The translations under genes and the position numbers were made by a program. From contig CAZHRF010000023.1 in NCBI GenBank assembly GCA_964534625.1, positions 30,259 through 44,821 on the forward strand: a DNA stretch of 14,563 bases, written 5' to 3'. Position 1 is the first letter of the stretch. The number at the start of each line of letters is the position of its first letter. Under the pieces are notes generated by a model that was given only the letters and a program-made list of their open reading frames with translations, searched no databases and was not told where the DNA came from. The stretch is from an uncultured archaeon (GTDB taxonomy: Archaea; Asgardarchaeota; Heimdallarchaeia; Heimdallarchaeales; Heimdallarchaeaceae). Below are positions 1-7,666 of the stretch, in pieces.

Positions 1-2
1 TT

Positions 3-479
3 CTTCAAGGTACATGTGGTTGGGCTCATCTTTTCCAAATCAAAGATCTCTCATCTGTTAAAGAATATCTAATCAAAGAATATGAGTCAGCTCAAAGACC
101 TTTAGTTTTTGATTCGCTATTTGAGTTATTAGACTCACAAACAAAGTTTGGAAGAATAAATATTCGGGCCTATAAAGATCTGAACCTGTCTGTCGAGTCA
201 TTGTGGAAATTAATGCTCGAAAGTAAAAAAAGCATACCAGAATCAACAGAGCTTTTCATTATACGTTGGAAAGCATTAATTAATTATTATCAAAAAGAAA
301 AACTATACACCACAAAAGTAAATAAAGACGCGCTTGAAAAGTGGTTAGCTCTTGTTTTGAACATTTCCAAGCAGGTTCCCACTTCATCTGAAATGCCATT
401 GCTATCTCATTCTGCTCAATATAGAGAAAAATATCACCCTTCCTACAGAATAGTGATTTTTGATCGAAAGAGTGTATGA
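3..479 (+). CDS. Conserved hypothetical protein, 5'-truncated by the window edge
   Basis: Frame 3 is open from base 3 (LQGTCGWAHLFQIKD...GRINIRAY...) into the listed 201..479 ORF, so the TTG at 201 is probably not the true start. QGxxGxxHL and C-terminal PLLSHSAQYREKYHPSYRIV resemble a conserved uncharacterised family (Q..FG.GH / HS..YR..Y.P.YRVV), recalled from memory. Confidence 0.8.
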   Translation, partial: LQGTCGWAHLFQIKDLSSVKEYLIKEYESAQRPLVFDSLFELLDSQTKFGRINIRAYKDLNLSVESLWKLMLESKKSIPESTELFIIRWKALINYYQKEKLYTTKVNKDALEKWLALVLNISKQVPTSSEMPLLSHSAQYREKYHPSYRIVIFDRKSV

Positions 480-662
480 TGAAAGTAAAGTGTTTGATTT
501 AGCGTTGGGTGGATCAAATTGGAATTAAATGCTTCCAAGTCTTCTTTAAAATTGTTTTTGACTGAATAAATAAAACATTATAATAACTCTAATTTGTATA
601 AAGTAAACGAACTACACGAACGTTAATAAATAACATCCTTAGTTTTTTTTACGATTTAATTG

Positions 663-1694
663 ATGTCTTTGGTTAAAAAATTTAAGACAGTTGTCGCAGA
701 TATGTTTTTAAAAACAAAAAATCGCAAGAAAAATTATGATTATACTGCATTAGAAAATTATCGTTTACCAATAAATGCTCCGGAAAATTATCTAAATAGT
801 TATTATTGTTTTGGTTATGCAAAAGATGGACACTCATTTTTCGCGAGGTTAACTTTTAGAGGCGAGGGGAAAACAGAACTATTGTTTGCAATACGCATTC
901 CTGGAAAAGGAATGTATACATATAATGACAGCATAACAAATGCAGATGGTGATAAAGATGAAAAACCAGACCAAAGATCTTCTATGCCACTTAATTTTAG
1001 TTATAATGAACCAAGCAAAAAATGGAAAATACGGTTCAATGCACCTATTAAACATATAAATTCTAAAAACGAACATCATGATTTATTATTTGAAGGACTT
1101 TTTTATTCGAGATTGGCAATGTTTAATTCACATAAAAACACTCTTCCCTTGGCTAAACTACTAGCTAATAAAAAATGGAACAAGCACTTATTTTCTAATT
1201 TTAAAAAAATTGATGTAGTGGAGACAGAACAAGGTGGTTTTTTTAAAGGCAAATATATTTTTGATAATAAGGAAGAAACTGTTTTAGAAATGAATGCTAT
1301 GCGCACACACACATATGGCTCAATGGATCCCTCTTTATTCGATAGATGTATATCTCTGCTGGTAGCTTTTGATAATGGCGCCTATCTGTGTTATAATGTA
1401 GTTGACTTTTCCTTTCTTAAAGGCATAAAAAATGGTTTTTATATTGATACTAATACTATTCTACCTGTAATGGGAGGGACATCAATTGAAGAATTAACTA
1501 CTGATCGCCAACTTTCACCCAATTTCGATTTTGAGGTTATTCTTGAAGGTAAAATTCATGTGAAAGGTACGTGCAGTCTCAATGAATCTTTTTATGAACG
1601 AGAAAAAATATCCGAAATAACTGAGGGACTAGCTGAGTTTGCATTTAACGGTTATAAAGGGCATGGTATCGTTTCAAATATTTCTCAAAATTAA
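663..1694 (+). CDS. Hypothetical beta-rich protein, possibly AttH/tocopherol-cyclase-like fold
   Basis: 343-aa ORF from ATG 663. It has NSYYCFG, W.I.F, EQGG and MRTHTYG segments and alternating beta-strand patterning. Function not established. Confidence 0.7.
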   Translation: MSLVKKFKTVVADMFLKTKNRKKNYDYTALENYRLPINAPENYLNSYYCFGYAKDGHSFFARLTFRGEGKTELLFAIRIPGKGMYTYNDSITNADGDKDEKPDQRSSMPLNFSYNEPSKKWKIRFNAPIKHINSKNEHHDLLFEGLFYSRLAMFNSHKNTLPLAKLLANKKWNKHLFSNFKKIDVVETEQGGFFKGKYIFDNKEETVLEMNAMRTHTYGSMDPSLFDRCISLLVAFDNGAYLCYNVVDFSFLKGIKNGFYIDTNTILPVMGGTSIEELTTDRQLSPNFDFEVILEGKIHVKGTCSLNESFYEREKISEITEGLAEFAFNGYKGHGIVSNISQN

Positions 1695-1732
1695 GGATCA
1701 ATTCGTTATGTTAATTTTGTATTGATCCTTTT
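1693..1732 (+). terminator. Inverted repeat/hairpin after the stop codon, putative terminator
   Basis: Perfect 10-bp IR AAGGATCAAT (1693-1702) / ATTGATCCTT (1721-1730), followed by T-rich sequence. TGATCCTTTT recurs at 1750-1759. Confidence 0.5.
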
Positions 1733-1882
1733 GCTATTTACCTATTTTCTGATCCTTTTAAATATTGTAAGCTAAAGGAAAATTGTTGGCTTAATATTTT
1801 TAAGAGAAACCAATGATGCTTTTTTTATTTTACGCATATTGAAGATATATACCCCCATTGCCTTTTTTATCACTTTAAATTT

Positions 1883-1921
1883 TTAACCATGATGTAAATA
1901 TATCCTTTTTTACATAGTTAA
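1883..1921. promoter_or_regulatory. Palindromic candidate operator upstream of copA
   Basis: TTAAC-catg-ATGTAAA-N10-TTTACAT-a-GTTAA, ending 10 nt before the ATG at 1932. Confidence 0.5.
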
Positions 1922-1931
1922 CTTGAGAAAT

Positions 1932-4484
1932 ATGAGTGAAGAAATAAATGTACAAATTGAGGGCATGCATTGTGCTAGTTGTGTTTCTCGTGTTGAAAAA
2001 GCACTTTTACAATTAGATGGTGTGAGTGATGCTCAAGTTAATTTGGTAAGTCAAAGAGCCAAATTGTTTTTGGATTCTTCAAGAGTTACTGCTGATAGTA
2101 TCAAAAAAGCTGTTGAAGATGCGGGGTATAAAGCTCACTTAACCAAAGAAGATAAGAAGACACTGGCTAATTTTTCAATTACGGGCATGCATTGTGCAAG
2201 CTGTTCAACGACAATAGAGAAGAATGTCGGAAAAATGGATGGTATAGGTTCAGTTAAAGTTATGTTGAGTACCAATTCAGCTCAAATTGATTATGATCCA
2301 TCAAAAGTAACTATTGATGATGTAAAAAAGAAAATTGCTGATCTTGGTTATTCAGCTGAATTAAAAGAAGAGCGTTTCACTTCCGATCATTTCGATGAGA
2401 ATAAACAACTCAAGGATATGCGATTGCGTTTCTGGATCAGTTTTGCCTTAAGTTTACCTGTCTTTATCTTTGGCATGGGGCATATGGCTCCCTTCAACAT
2501 TTGGTTTGAGGGATTTGCACACTGGTTAATGACGTTTGAAATTTTTCCTGGGATGCTCCTTAATTATTTGGTACAATTTCTGTTTACTACGCCAATACAG
2601 TTCTTTTTGGCTTATCCCTTTTACAAGGCAGCTTGGAAGAGTTTGAAAAACAAAAGCGCATCAATGGATGTTTTAGTGGTGTTAGGAACTACAGCCGCTT
2701 ATACTTACAGTTTGGCTTCTATGTTCTATCCTTACATCCAACCTGAGTATGACCAACCAGTGTTTTTTGAGGTTACAGCTGTTTTAATGACTTTCATCTT
2801 TTTAGGTAAATATTTAGAGGAAGTCACAAAAGGTCGTACATCTGAAGCAATTAAAAAACTAATAGAACTTCGACCAAAAACTGCTACTGTCATTCGCGAT
2901 GGGAAAGAAATTGAGATACCCATTGACGACGTAATAATAGATGATGTTTTAGTCGTTAAACCTGGAGCTAGTGTTCCTGTTGATGGACTTGTTATTGATG
3001 GTCAAAGTTATGTTGATGAATCAATGATATCAGGTGAACCAATGGCGGTCTTCAAGGAAAAAGGCGACGAGGTTATAGGTGGTACCATTAACGAAAATGG
3101 TTTGTTGAAAGTTGAAGCTAAGAAAGTAGGAGAAAATACTACTCTTAATCAAATCATTACCATGGTAGAAAATGCTCAAACTAGTAAATTACCTATTCAA
3201 CAAGTTGCGGACAAAATTTCTGCTGTATTTGTTCCTATTGTAGTAGGTCTTGCTCTTACCACTTCTTTGATATGGTTCATACTTTTCTCAACTGGGGTTG
3301 TAAGCACAGCTCTGTTACCTTCGGGAGTTAATATTTTCTTATTCGCGCTACTTGTAGGCATTTCTGTTTTAGTAATCTCTTGTCCTTGTGCCTTGGGGTT
3401 AGCTACCCCTACTGCGATTATGGTAGGTACTGGCTTAGGTGCTCAAAATGGTATATTGGTTAGAACGGGTGAATCTTTAGAAACAGCAAAAAATCTTGAT
3501 GTGATTTTATTAGATAAAACTGGGACAATAACCGTAGGAAAGCCCAAGTTAGATGCAATTCATCTTCTAGATGAATCTTTTACTAAAAACAATATATTGT
3601 CCTTAGCTGGTTCATTGGAACAAGGTTCAGAACATTCTATTGCAAAAGCAATTCTTTCTGCTGTTGAAGAAAAGGATATTGAGCTTATGAATATAGGTGA
3701 TTTTAATGCCATTCCAGGTAAAGGTGTGAAAGCATCAATTGATGGCGAAGCCTATCTTCTAGGAAATAGAAAACTATTGGATGAATATACTATCGATCTT
3801 TCTTCTAGCATGGAAGAAACAATGAAAGAATTTGAAGAAAAAGGAAAAACGACAATGGTGTTAGTAAAGAGTGTCACTCCTATTGCAATCATAGCTATCT
3901 CTGATGTCATTAAAGACAAATCAGTTGAAGCGATCAAAGCTCTAAAAGACATGGGTTTAATCATTGGTATGGTAAGTGGAGATAATCAACGTGCTGCAAA
4001 TTATATCGCTAGCCAAATAGGGATCGAAGAAATACATGCCGAAGTTTTACCTGATGAAAAATTGGATATCGTGTTAGCATATCAACAAAAGGGGTTAAAA
4101 GTTGGTTTTGTAGGAGATGGAATAAATGATGCTCCAGCTCTTGCCCAAGCTGACATAGGTATTGCCATTGGGAGTGGGACTGATATTGCCATAGAAACAG
4201 GAGATATAGTACTCATTAAAGATGATCTTAGAGATGTGGCTACAGCTATAGATCTAAGCGAAAAAATTATTCGTAAAGTGAGAATGGGACTCTTTTGGGC
4301 ACTTTTCTACAATTCTTTGGCAATTCCCATTGCAGCTGGAGCTCTGTTTATACCGTTTGGTTTCTTATTACCAGCAGAATTAGCAGGACTTGCAATGGCA
4401 ATGTCATCGGTATCAGTAGTATTGAACTCACTTACCTTAAAATGGTATAAGACACCATTTGAGAAAAAAGATAATACTTTCTAA
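1932..4484 (+). CDS. copA: Copper-translocating P1B-1-type ATPase
   Basis: Two N-terminal HMA domains (GMHCASC twice), DESMISGEP actuator motif, transmembrane CPC (SCPCALGLATP), DKTGT phosphorylation site, SEHS, GDGINDAP hinge, and the YN and MAMSS Cu(I)-ligand motifs. ATG 1932 preferred over TTG 1923. Confidence 0.97.
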   Translation: MSEEINVQIEGMHCASCVSRVEKALLQLDGVSDAQVNLVSQRAKLFLDSSRVTADSIKKAVEDAGYKAHLTKEDKKTLANFSITGMHCASCSTTIEKNVGKMDGIGSVKVMLSTNSAQIDYDPSKVTIDDVKKKIADLGYSAELKEERFTSDHFDENKQLKDMRLRFWISFALSLPVFIFGMGHMAPFNIWFEGFAHWLMTFEIFPGMLLNYLVQFLFTTPIQFFLAYPFYKAAWKSLKNKSASMDVLVVLGTTAAYTYSLASMFYPYIQPEYDQPVFFEVTAVLMTFIFLGKYLEEVTKGRTSEAIKKLIELRPKTATVIRDGKEIEIPIDDVIIDDVLVVKPGASVPVDGLVIDGQSYVDESMISGEPMAVFKEKGDEVIGGTINENGLLKVEAKKVGENTTLNQIITMVENAQTSKLPIQQVADKISAVFVPIVVGLALTTSLIWFILFSTGVVSTALLPSGVNIFLFALLVGISVLVISCPCALGLATPTAIMVGTGLGAQNGILVRTGESLETAKNLDVILLDKTGTITVGKPKLDAIHLLDESFTKNNILSLAGSLEQGSEHSIAKAILSAVEEKDIELMNIGDFNAIPGKGVKASIDGEAYLLGNRKLLDEYTIDLSSSMEETMKEFEEKGKTTMVLVKSVTPIAIIAISDVIKDKSVEAIKALKDMGLIIGMVSGDNQRAANYIASQIGIEEIHAEVLPDEKLDIVLAYQQKGLKVGFVGDGINDAPALAQADIGIAIGSGTDIAIETGDIVLIKDDLRDVATAIDLSEKIIRKVRMGLFWALFYNSLAIPIAAGALFIPFGFLLPAELAGLAMAMSSVSVVLNSLTLKWYKTPFEKKDNTF

Positions 4485-4502
4485 AACTTTTTTCTTTTTC
4501 TT
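4485..4502 (+). terminator. Oligo-T archaeal-type terminator
   Basis: T-rich pyrimidine tract directly after the copA TAA. Confidence 0.5.
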
Positions 4503-4593
4503 ATATATACCAGAACACGCCTTCTCAAATGACACATAAGGAAAGATTCCTGCTTGAAAAAAAGTATTTGCTAAAAACTTATAGGTAGAAACA

Positions 4594-4854
4594 ATGAGAA
4601 GATCCCCCAAAGGCAAAATATTTCACGATTTCAGAAAGCTAGTTCCTGTAGATGAAATACTCTCCATATATGATATTACCGAGGTACAGTTAATTGAAGT
4701 TTTACAGAAGAGTATTAAAGGAAACTATGATTATGTCCGAATTCTAAAAGCGCGATTTAGAGGTCAAAAACAGTTTATAAAGCATCTAAATAATAGATGG
4801 GACCCTCTTAATCCAAGAAAAAAATTAAAAGAGGTCTCTCCTTACGTTACATAA
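4594..4854 (+). CDS. Small basic hypothetical protein, possible HTH (DUF433-like segment)
   Basis: 86 aa with ATG start preceded by AGGT. VPVDEILSIYDITEVQLIEVL has helix-turn-helix-like patterning. Confidence 0.6.
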   Translation: MRRSPKGKIFHDFRKLVPVDEILSIYDITEVQLIEVLQKSIKGNYDYVRILKARFRGQKQFIKHLNNRWDPLNPRKKLKEVSPYVT

Positions 4855-5067
4855 TTTGATCAAAATTTTCCTATGACGGCTCCTATTTTCCAGGAATGTA
4901 AAAAATAGCCTAGATAACAGAAAGATTTCCCCTCATAAATATTTAAATAATTACCAAAATTTCCTGGTGAAGTAATCATCAACATATCCTTTGCAATTAC
5001 ACAATCCCAAACAGTAAGGATATTGGCATTAACAGAAATCGATTTTAAATCAGCAAGAATACCTCTA

Positions 5068-5763
5068 TTATTTGGTCTTTTTTTCTTGCTGAGATTCTGG
5101 TTCTTTTTTGGCTACAATCCAGACATAGCCTCTTCTATCACCCGGTCGCATAAGACGTATATCTTTTCCTAAACTTTTAATTGTCCATTGATCGGTAGTG
5201 AAGAGTTGTTTAAGAGTTTTCCAGTTTATAAATTCCAGAGGGGGATCAGTTTTAAAATGTGGCTCAATATTTCCACTAAAGACAAACCACCCTCCAAGTT
5301 TAACTTTATCCATTAATTCTTGCATTCTAGGAATAGCTCTTTTACCAATATATTGTAGGCATTGCATTGCAGTAATGATATCATATCCTTGTTCATCTAA
5401 TTCATAGGTGTCAATATCTGCAAATTCAACAGTAACTCTTTCTTCCACCTTCATAGCTTTAGCTCTCTTTTTAGTTAACTCAATAGAGCTCTCTAGAACA
5501 TCAATGGCTATAACGCTATAACCTTGTTTAGCTAAAAAACAAGCAACTCTTCCATCACCAGTAGCTAAATCAATGGCCTTTTTATCATTTTTTTCCTCTT
5601 GTTGAGTATATAAAGCCAAGAGTTGTACAGGATAATGTATGGGATCATTTTGTAATTGATCTTCATCAGTATCAAAGTGTTTTCTATATGCTATATCCCA
5701 ACCATTTAGCCATTTATCGGGTGTTTTAACGTTAATCTTTCTTTTTACGTTTTCCTCATTCAT
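5068..5763 (-). CDS. Class I SAM-dependent methyltransferase (TehB/Methyltransf_25-like)
   Basis: Motif I AIDLATGDGR, then LAKQGYSVIAID, ADI, YDII and VKLGG. Start is 5763 or 5775; the TTTATAA box at 5793-5799 favours 5763. Confidence 0.9.
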   Translation of the reverse strand: MNEENVKRKINVKTPDKWLNGWDIAYRKHFDTDEDQLQNDPIHYPVQLLALYTQQEEKNDKKAIDLATGDGRVACFLAKQGYSVIAIDVLESSIELTKKRAKAMKVEERVTVEFADIDTYELDEQGYDIITAMQCLQYIGKRAIPRMQELMDKVKLGGWFVFSGNIEPHFKTDPPLEFINWKTLKQLFTTDQWTIKSLGKDIRLMRPGDRRGYVWIVAKKEPESQQEKKTK

Positions 5764-5792
5764 GTGGTTCAACATGTGGCTATTGGAGATAG

Positions 5793-5806
5793 TTATAAAT
5801 TATTTT
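5793..5806 (-). promoter_or_regulatory. TATA-like promoter of the methyltransferase
   Basis: Minus strand reads AAAATAATTTATAA, about 30 nt before ATG 5763. Confidence 0.5.
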
Positions 5807-6095
5807 ATTTAGTATCGGCGTTTTTCATCTTATCTAAATTAAAAAACAAAAACAAATTATACGGTACGTTTTTCACCCCTATGAAATAGATGAAGGAAAA
5901 CTGTTGGTGGGGTGTTTCATAAAGTCCGAATTTTGTTTGAAATTGTTTATTTTCTTTACATAAAAGTACCTCCGTTTCTTTATTAGTCTAATCTAAATAG
6001 AGGATGAAACACTTACATTATACGTAAAAACAATTAAAAAGTACTATCTAAAGAGAAAGATTATTTTACTGTCATTTTGTTACTTATTGTGCCAC

Positions 6096-6692
6096 ATGAA
6101 ACCCATTGATAAAAAAGATATAATCCTACTAAACGAACTCTTAAAAGATGGAAGAATAACTTATTCAGAATTAGCTAAAAAAATAGACTTATCAGTACCT
6201 GCAGTTACGGCGAGAGTAGAGAAACTGATTGAAAAGAAAATTATTGACAAATTTACGATAGATATTGACTACTCTCTGATTGAACAAGGGAGTAAATACA
6301 TTATTTTGTTAAAAACGGTTTTTAATAAAACAGATGAGACGGCTCAAGAATTGAATAAACATAAATTTGTAAAAAAGGTATATTTGACAACAGGTGAGTA
6401 TAATGTAGCAATTCATACTCATAATATTATAGATAGCCAAAAAAAGTCTTTAATTGACTGGTTGAAAGAACAAGAAGACATTGAAGATATGAACATCCTC
6501 TATGTCTATGACTATCTAAAAGAAGACGAGACATTAAAAATAACAGATCCCAATAATGTCAAACTAATCTGTGATTATTGTAAAAGAGAATTTTCAGGAG
6601 ATGTTTTTTCTAAAATAATTAATAAGCGTAAAAGATATTTCTGTTGTAACACTTGCTTAAGCGAATATGAAAAAATATTCGCTAATAAATGA
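6096..6692 (+). CDS. copR: Lrp/AsnC-family transcriptional regulator with C-terminal TRASH domain (archaeal CopR-type)
   Basis: N-terminal AsnC HTH (IDKKDIILLNELLKDGRITYSELAKKIDLSVPAVTARVEKL), RAM domain (VYLTTGEYN), and TRASH motif CDYC...YFCCNTC. Lies 1.6 kb from copA. ATG 6096 preferred over TTG 6087. Confidence 0.9.
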   Translation: MKPIDKKDIILLNELLKDGRITYSELAKKIDLSVPAVTARVEKLIEKKIIDKFTIDIDYSLIEQGSKYIILLKTVFNKTDETAQELNKHKFVKKVYLTTGEYNVAIHTHNIIDSQKKSLIDWLKEQEDIEDMNILYVYDYLKEDETLKITDPNNVKLICDYCKREFSGDVFSKIINKRKRYFCCNTCLSEYEKIFANK

Positions 6693-6828
6693 ACTCAAGA
6701 TACCGGCGTACTTTACTCTCTTTGAGTTATTTGCATTGGAGTTAGAGTTTTTTTGTTTAATCTTAAAAATATCTATGTATCCCCAGAGAAAGAATAATTT
6801 TTTATATCTCTTTTTCTAATTATAATTT

Positions 6829-7569
6829 ATGTCTAGTACTCAAGGTGCAAATTTTGGTGGTTATTTGTTTATTATTTTGTTAGGTTTCTGTTTTGTGGGT
6901 TTACCCGTTATTTTGATTAGTTATAGTTCTACTCCGCCGACAATAGAGCAATTTTACAGTAACATATCCTTAAGAGATAACAGTTCAGCTGTTGAAGAAC
7001 AATTTTATGTGCTTATGAATGATTTGAACTCAACTGATGATTATTGGAATGATTTAGCAGGGTTATCAGAATTAAATTACATCAACAATATAACTCAAAT
7101 GATTATTAATGAAGTAGCATACAATAGTACTCTCGATATAAACACTTTTGGAGGATTCAGTTCAAAAGTCCATATCTTTAATTTACAAATCAACTACACA
7201 GTAACTTCAATTACTAGCAACTATGTACTAAATCAAGCTAAATCTCTTTTTGGGACTGAAATCGATACTAGGTTTTTCTTTTATCGTTCTGATTATGAAG
7301 AATGGACGGCACATTCAACTTATAAATCTCAAGCTGATTATCCCGATTCAATGGAAGATGAAATAAATTCGTTCTTCTCAACAGGAATTTACAATTTAAT
7401 TATTACTCTCTCTTTTTATGGTAAGAATGCCAATCTTGAAGGTTACCGTGATTATGAAACATCCTTCCAAAGACTAATAGTTTTTGAGGATGTCGCAAGT
7501 AATATAGTATACGAACCAGTCTTTTTCTTGTCCTCGGAAAGAATGAAAGTACCTGCTCCATCACTATAG
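6829..7569 (+). CDS. Membrane-anchored/secreted hypothetical protein, probable glycoprotein
   Basis: N-terminal hydrophobic segment (YLFIILLGFCFVGLPVILI), acidic N/S/T-rich body, six N-X-S/T sequons (NIS, NSS, NST, NIT, NST, NYT). TTTATA about 22 nt upstream; T-rich tract after the stop. Confidence 0.8.
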   Translation: MSSTQGANFGGYLFIILLGFCFVGLPVILISYSSTPPTIEQFYSNISLRDNSSAVEEQFYVLMNDLNSTDDYWNDLAGLSELNYINNITQMIINEVAYNSTLDINTFGGFSSKVHIFNLQINYTVTSITSNYVLNQAKSLFGTEIDTRFFFYRSDYEEWTAHSTYKSQADYPDSMEDEINSFFSTGIYNLIITLSFYGKNANLEGYRDYETSFQRLIVFEDVASNIVYEPVFFLSSERMKVPAPSL

Positions 7570-7619
7570 AACTTTCTCTTTTTTATTTCTAATTACTTTT
7601 TTTTATTTGTCTAAAATGA

Positions 7620-7637
7620 GAAATAGTTTTATAAATT
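7620..7637 (+). promoter_or_regulatory. BRE/TATA-like promoter of the glycosyltransferase
   Basis: GAAATAGTTTTATAAATT about 30 nt upstream of ATG 7667. Confidence 0.55.
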
Positions 7638-7666
7638 GACTTTGTCCAGTGTTTATTGAAATAGCA

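Noticed and set aside
1953-2204. Repeated GGGCATGCATTGTGC sequence
   Set aside because: Explained by the two HMA domains (GMHCA) of CopA; not a DNA repeat element.
879-3964. Minus-strand ORFs 879..1079, 1103..1312, 2732..2923 and 3752..3964
   Set aside because: Antisense shadows inside well-supported genes, with no motifs.
4857-5112. Stop-free minus-strand frame of about 85 codons running past the methyltransferase end, with an A-AAA-AAG slippery site near 5077-5084
   Set aside because: A -1 shift leads to a stop within about 12 codons. The long frame is the +1 frame, its first ATG gives only about 41 aa, and no motif is recognisable.
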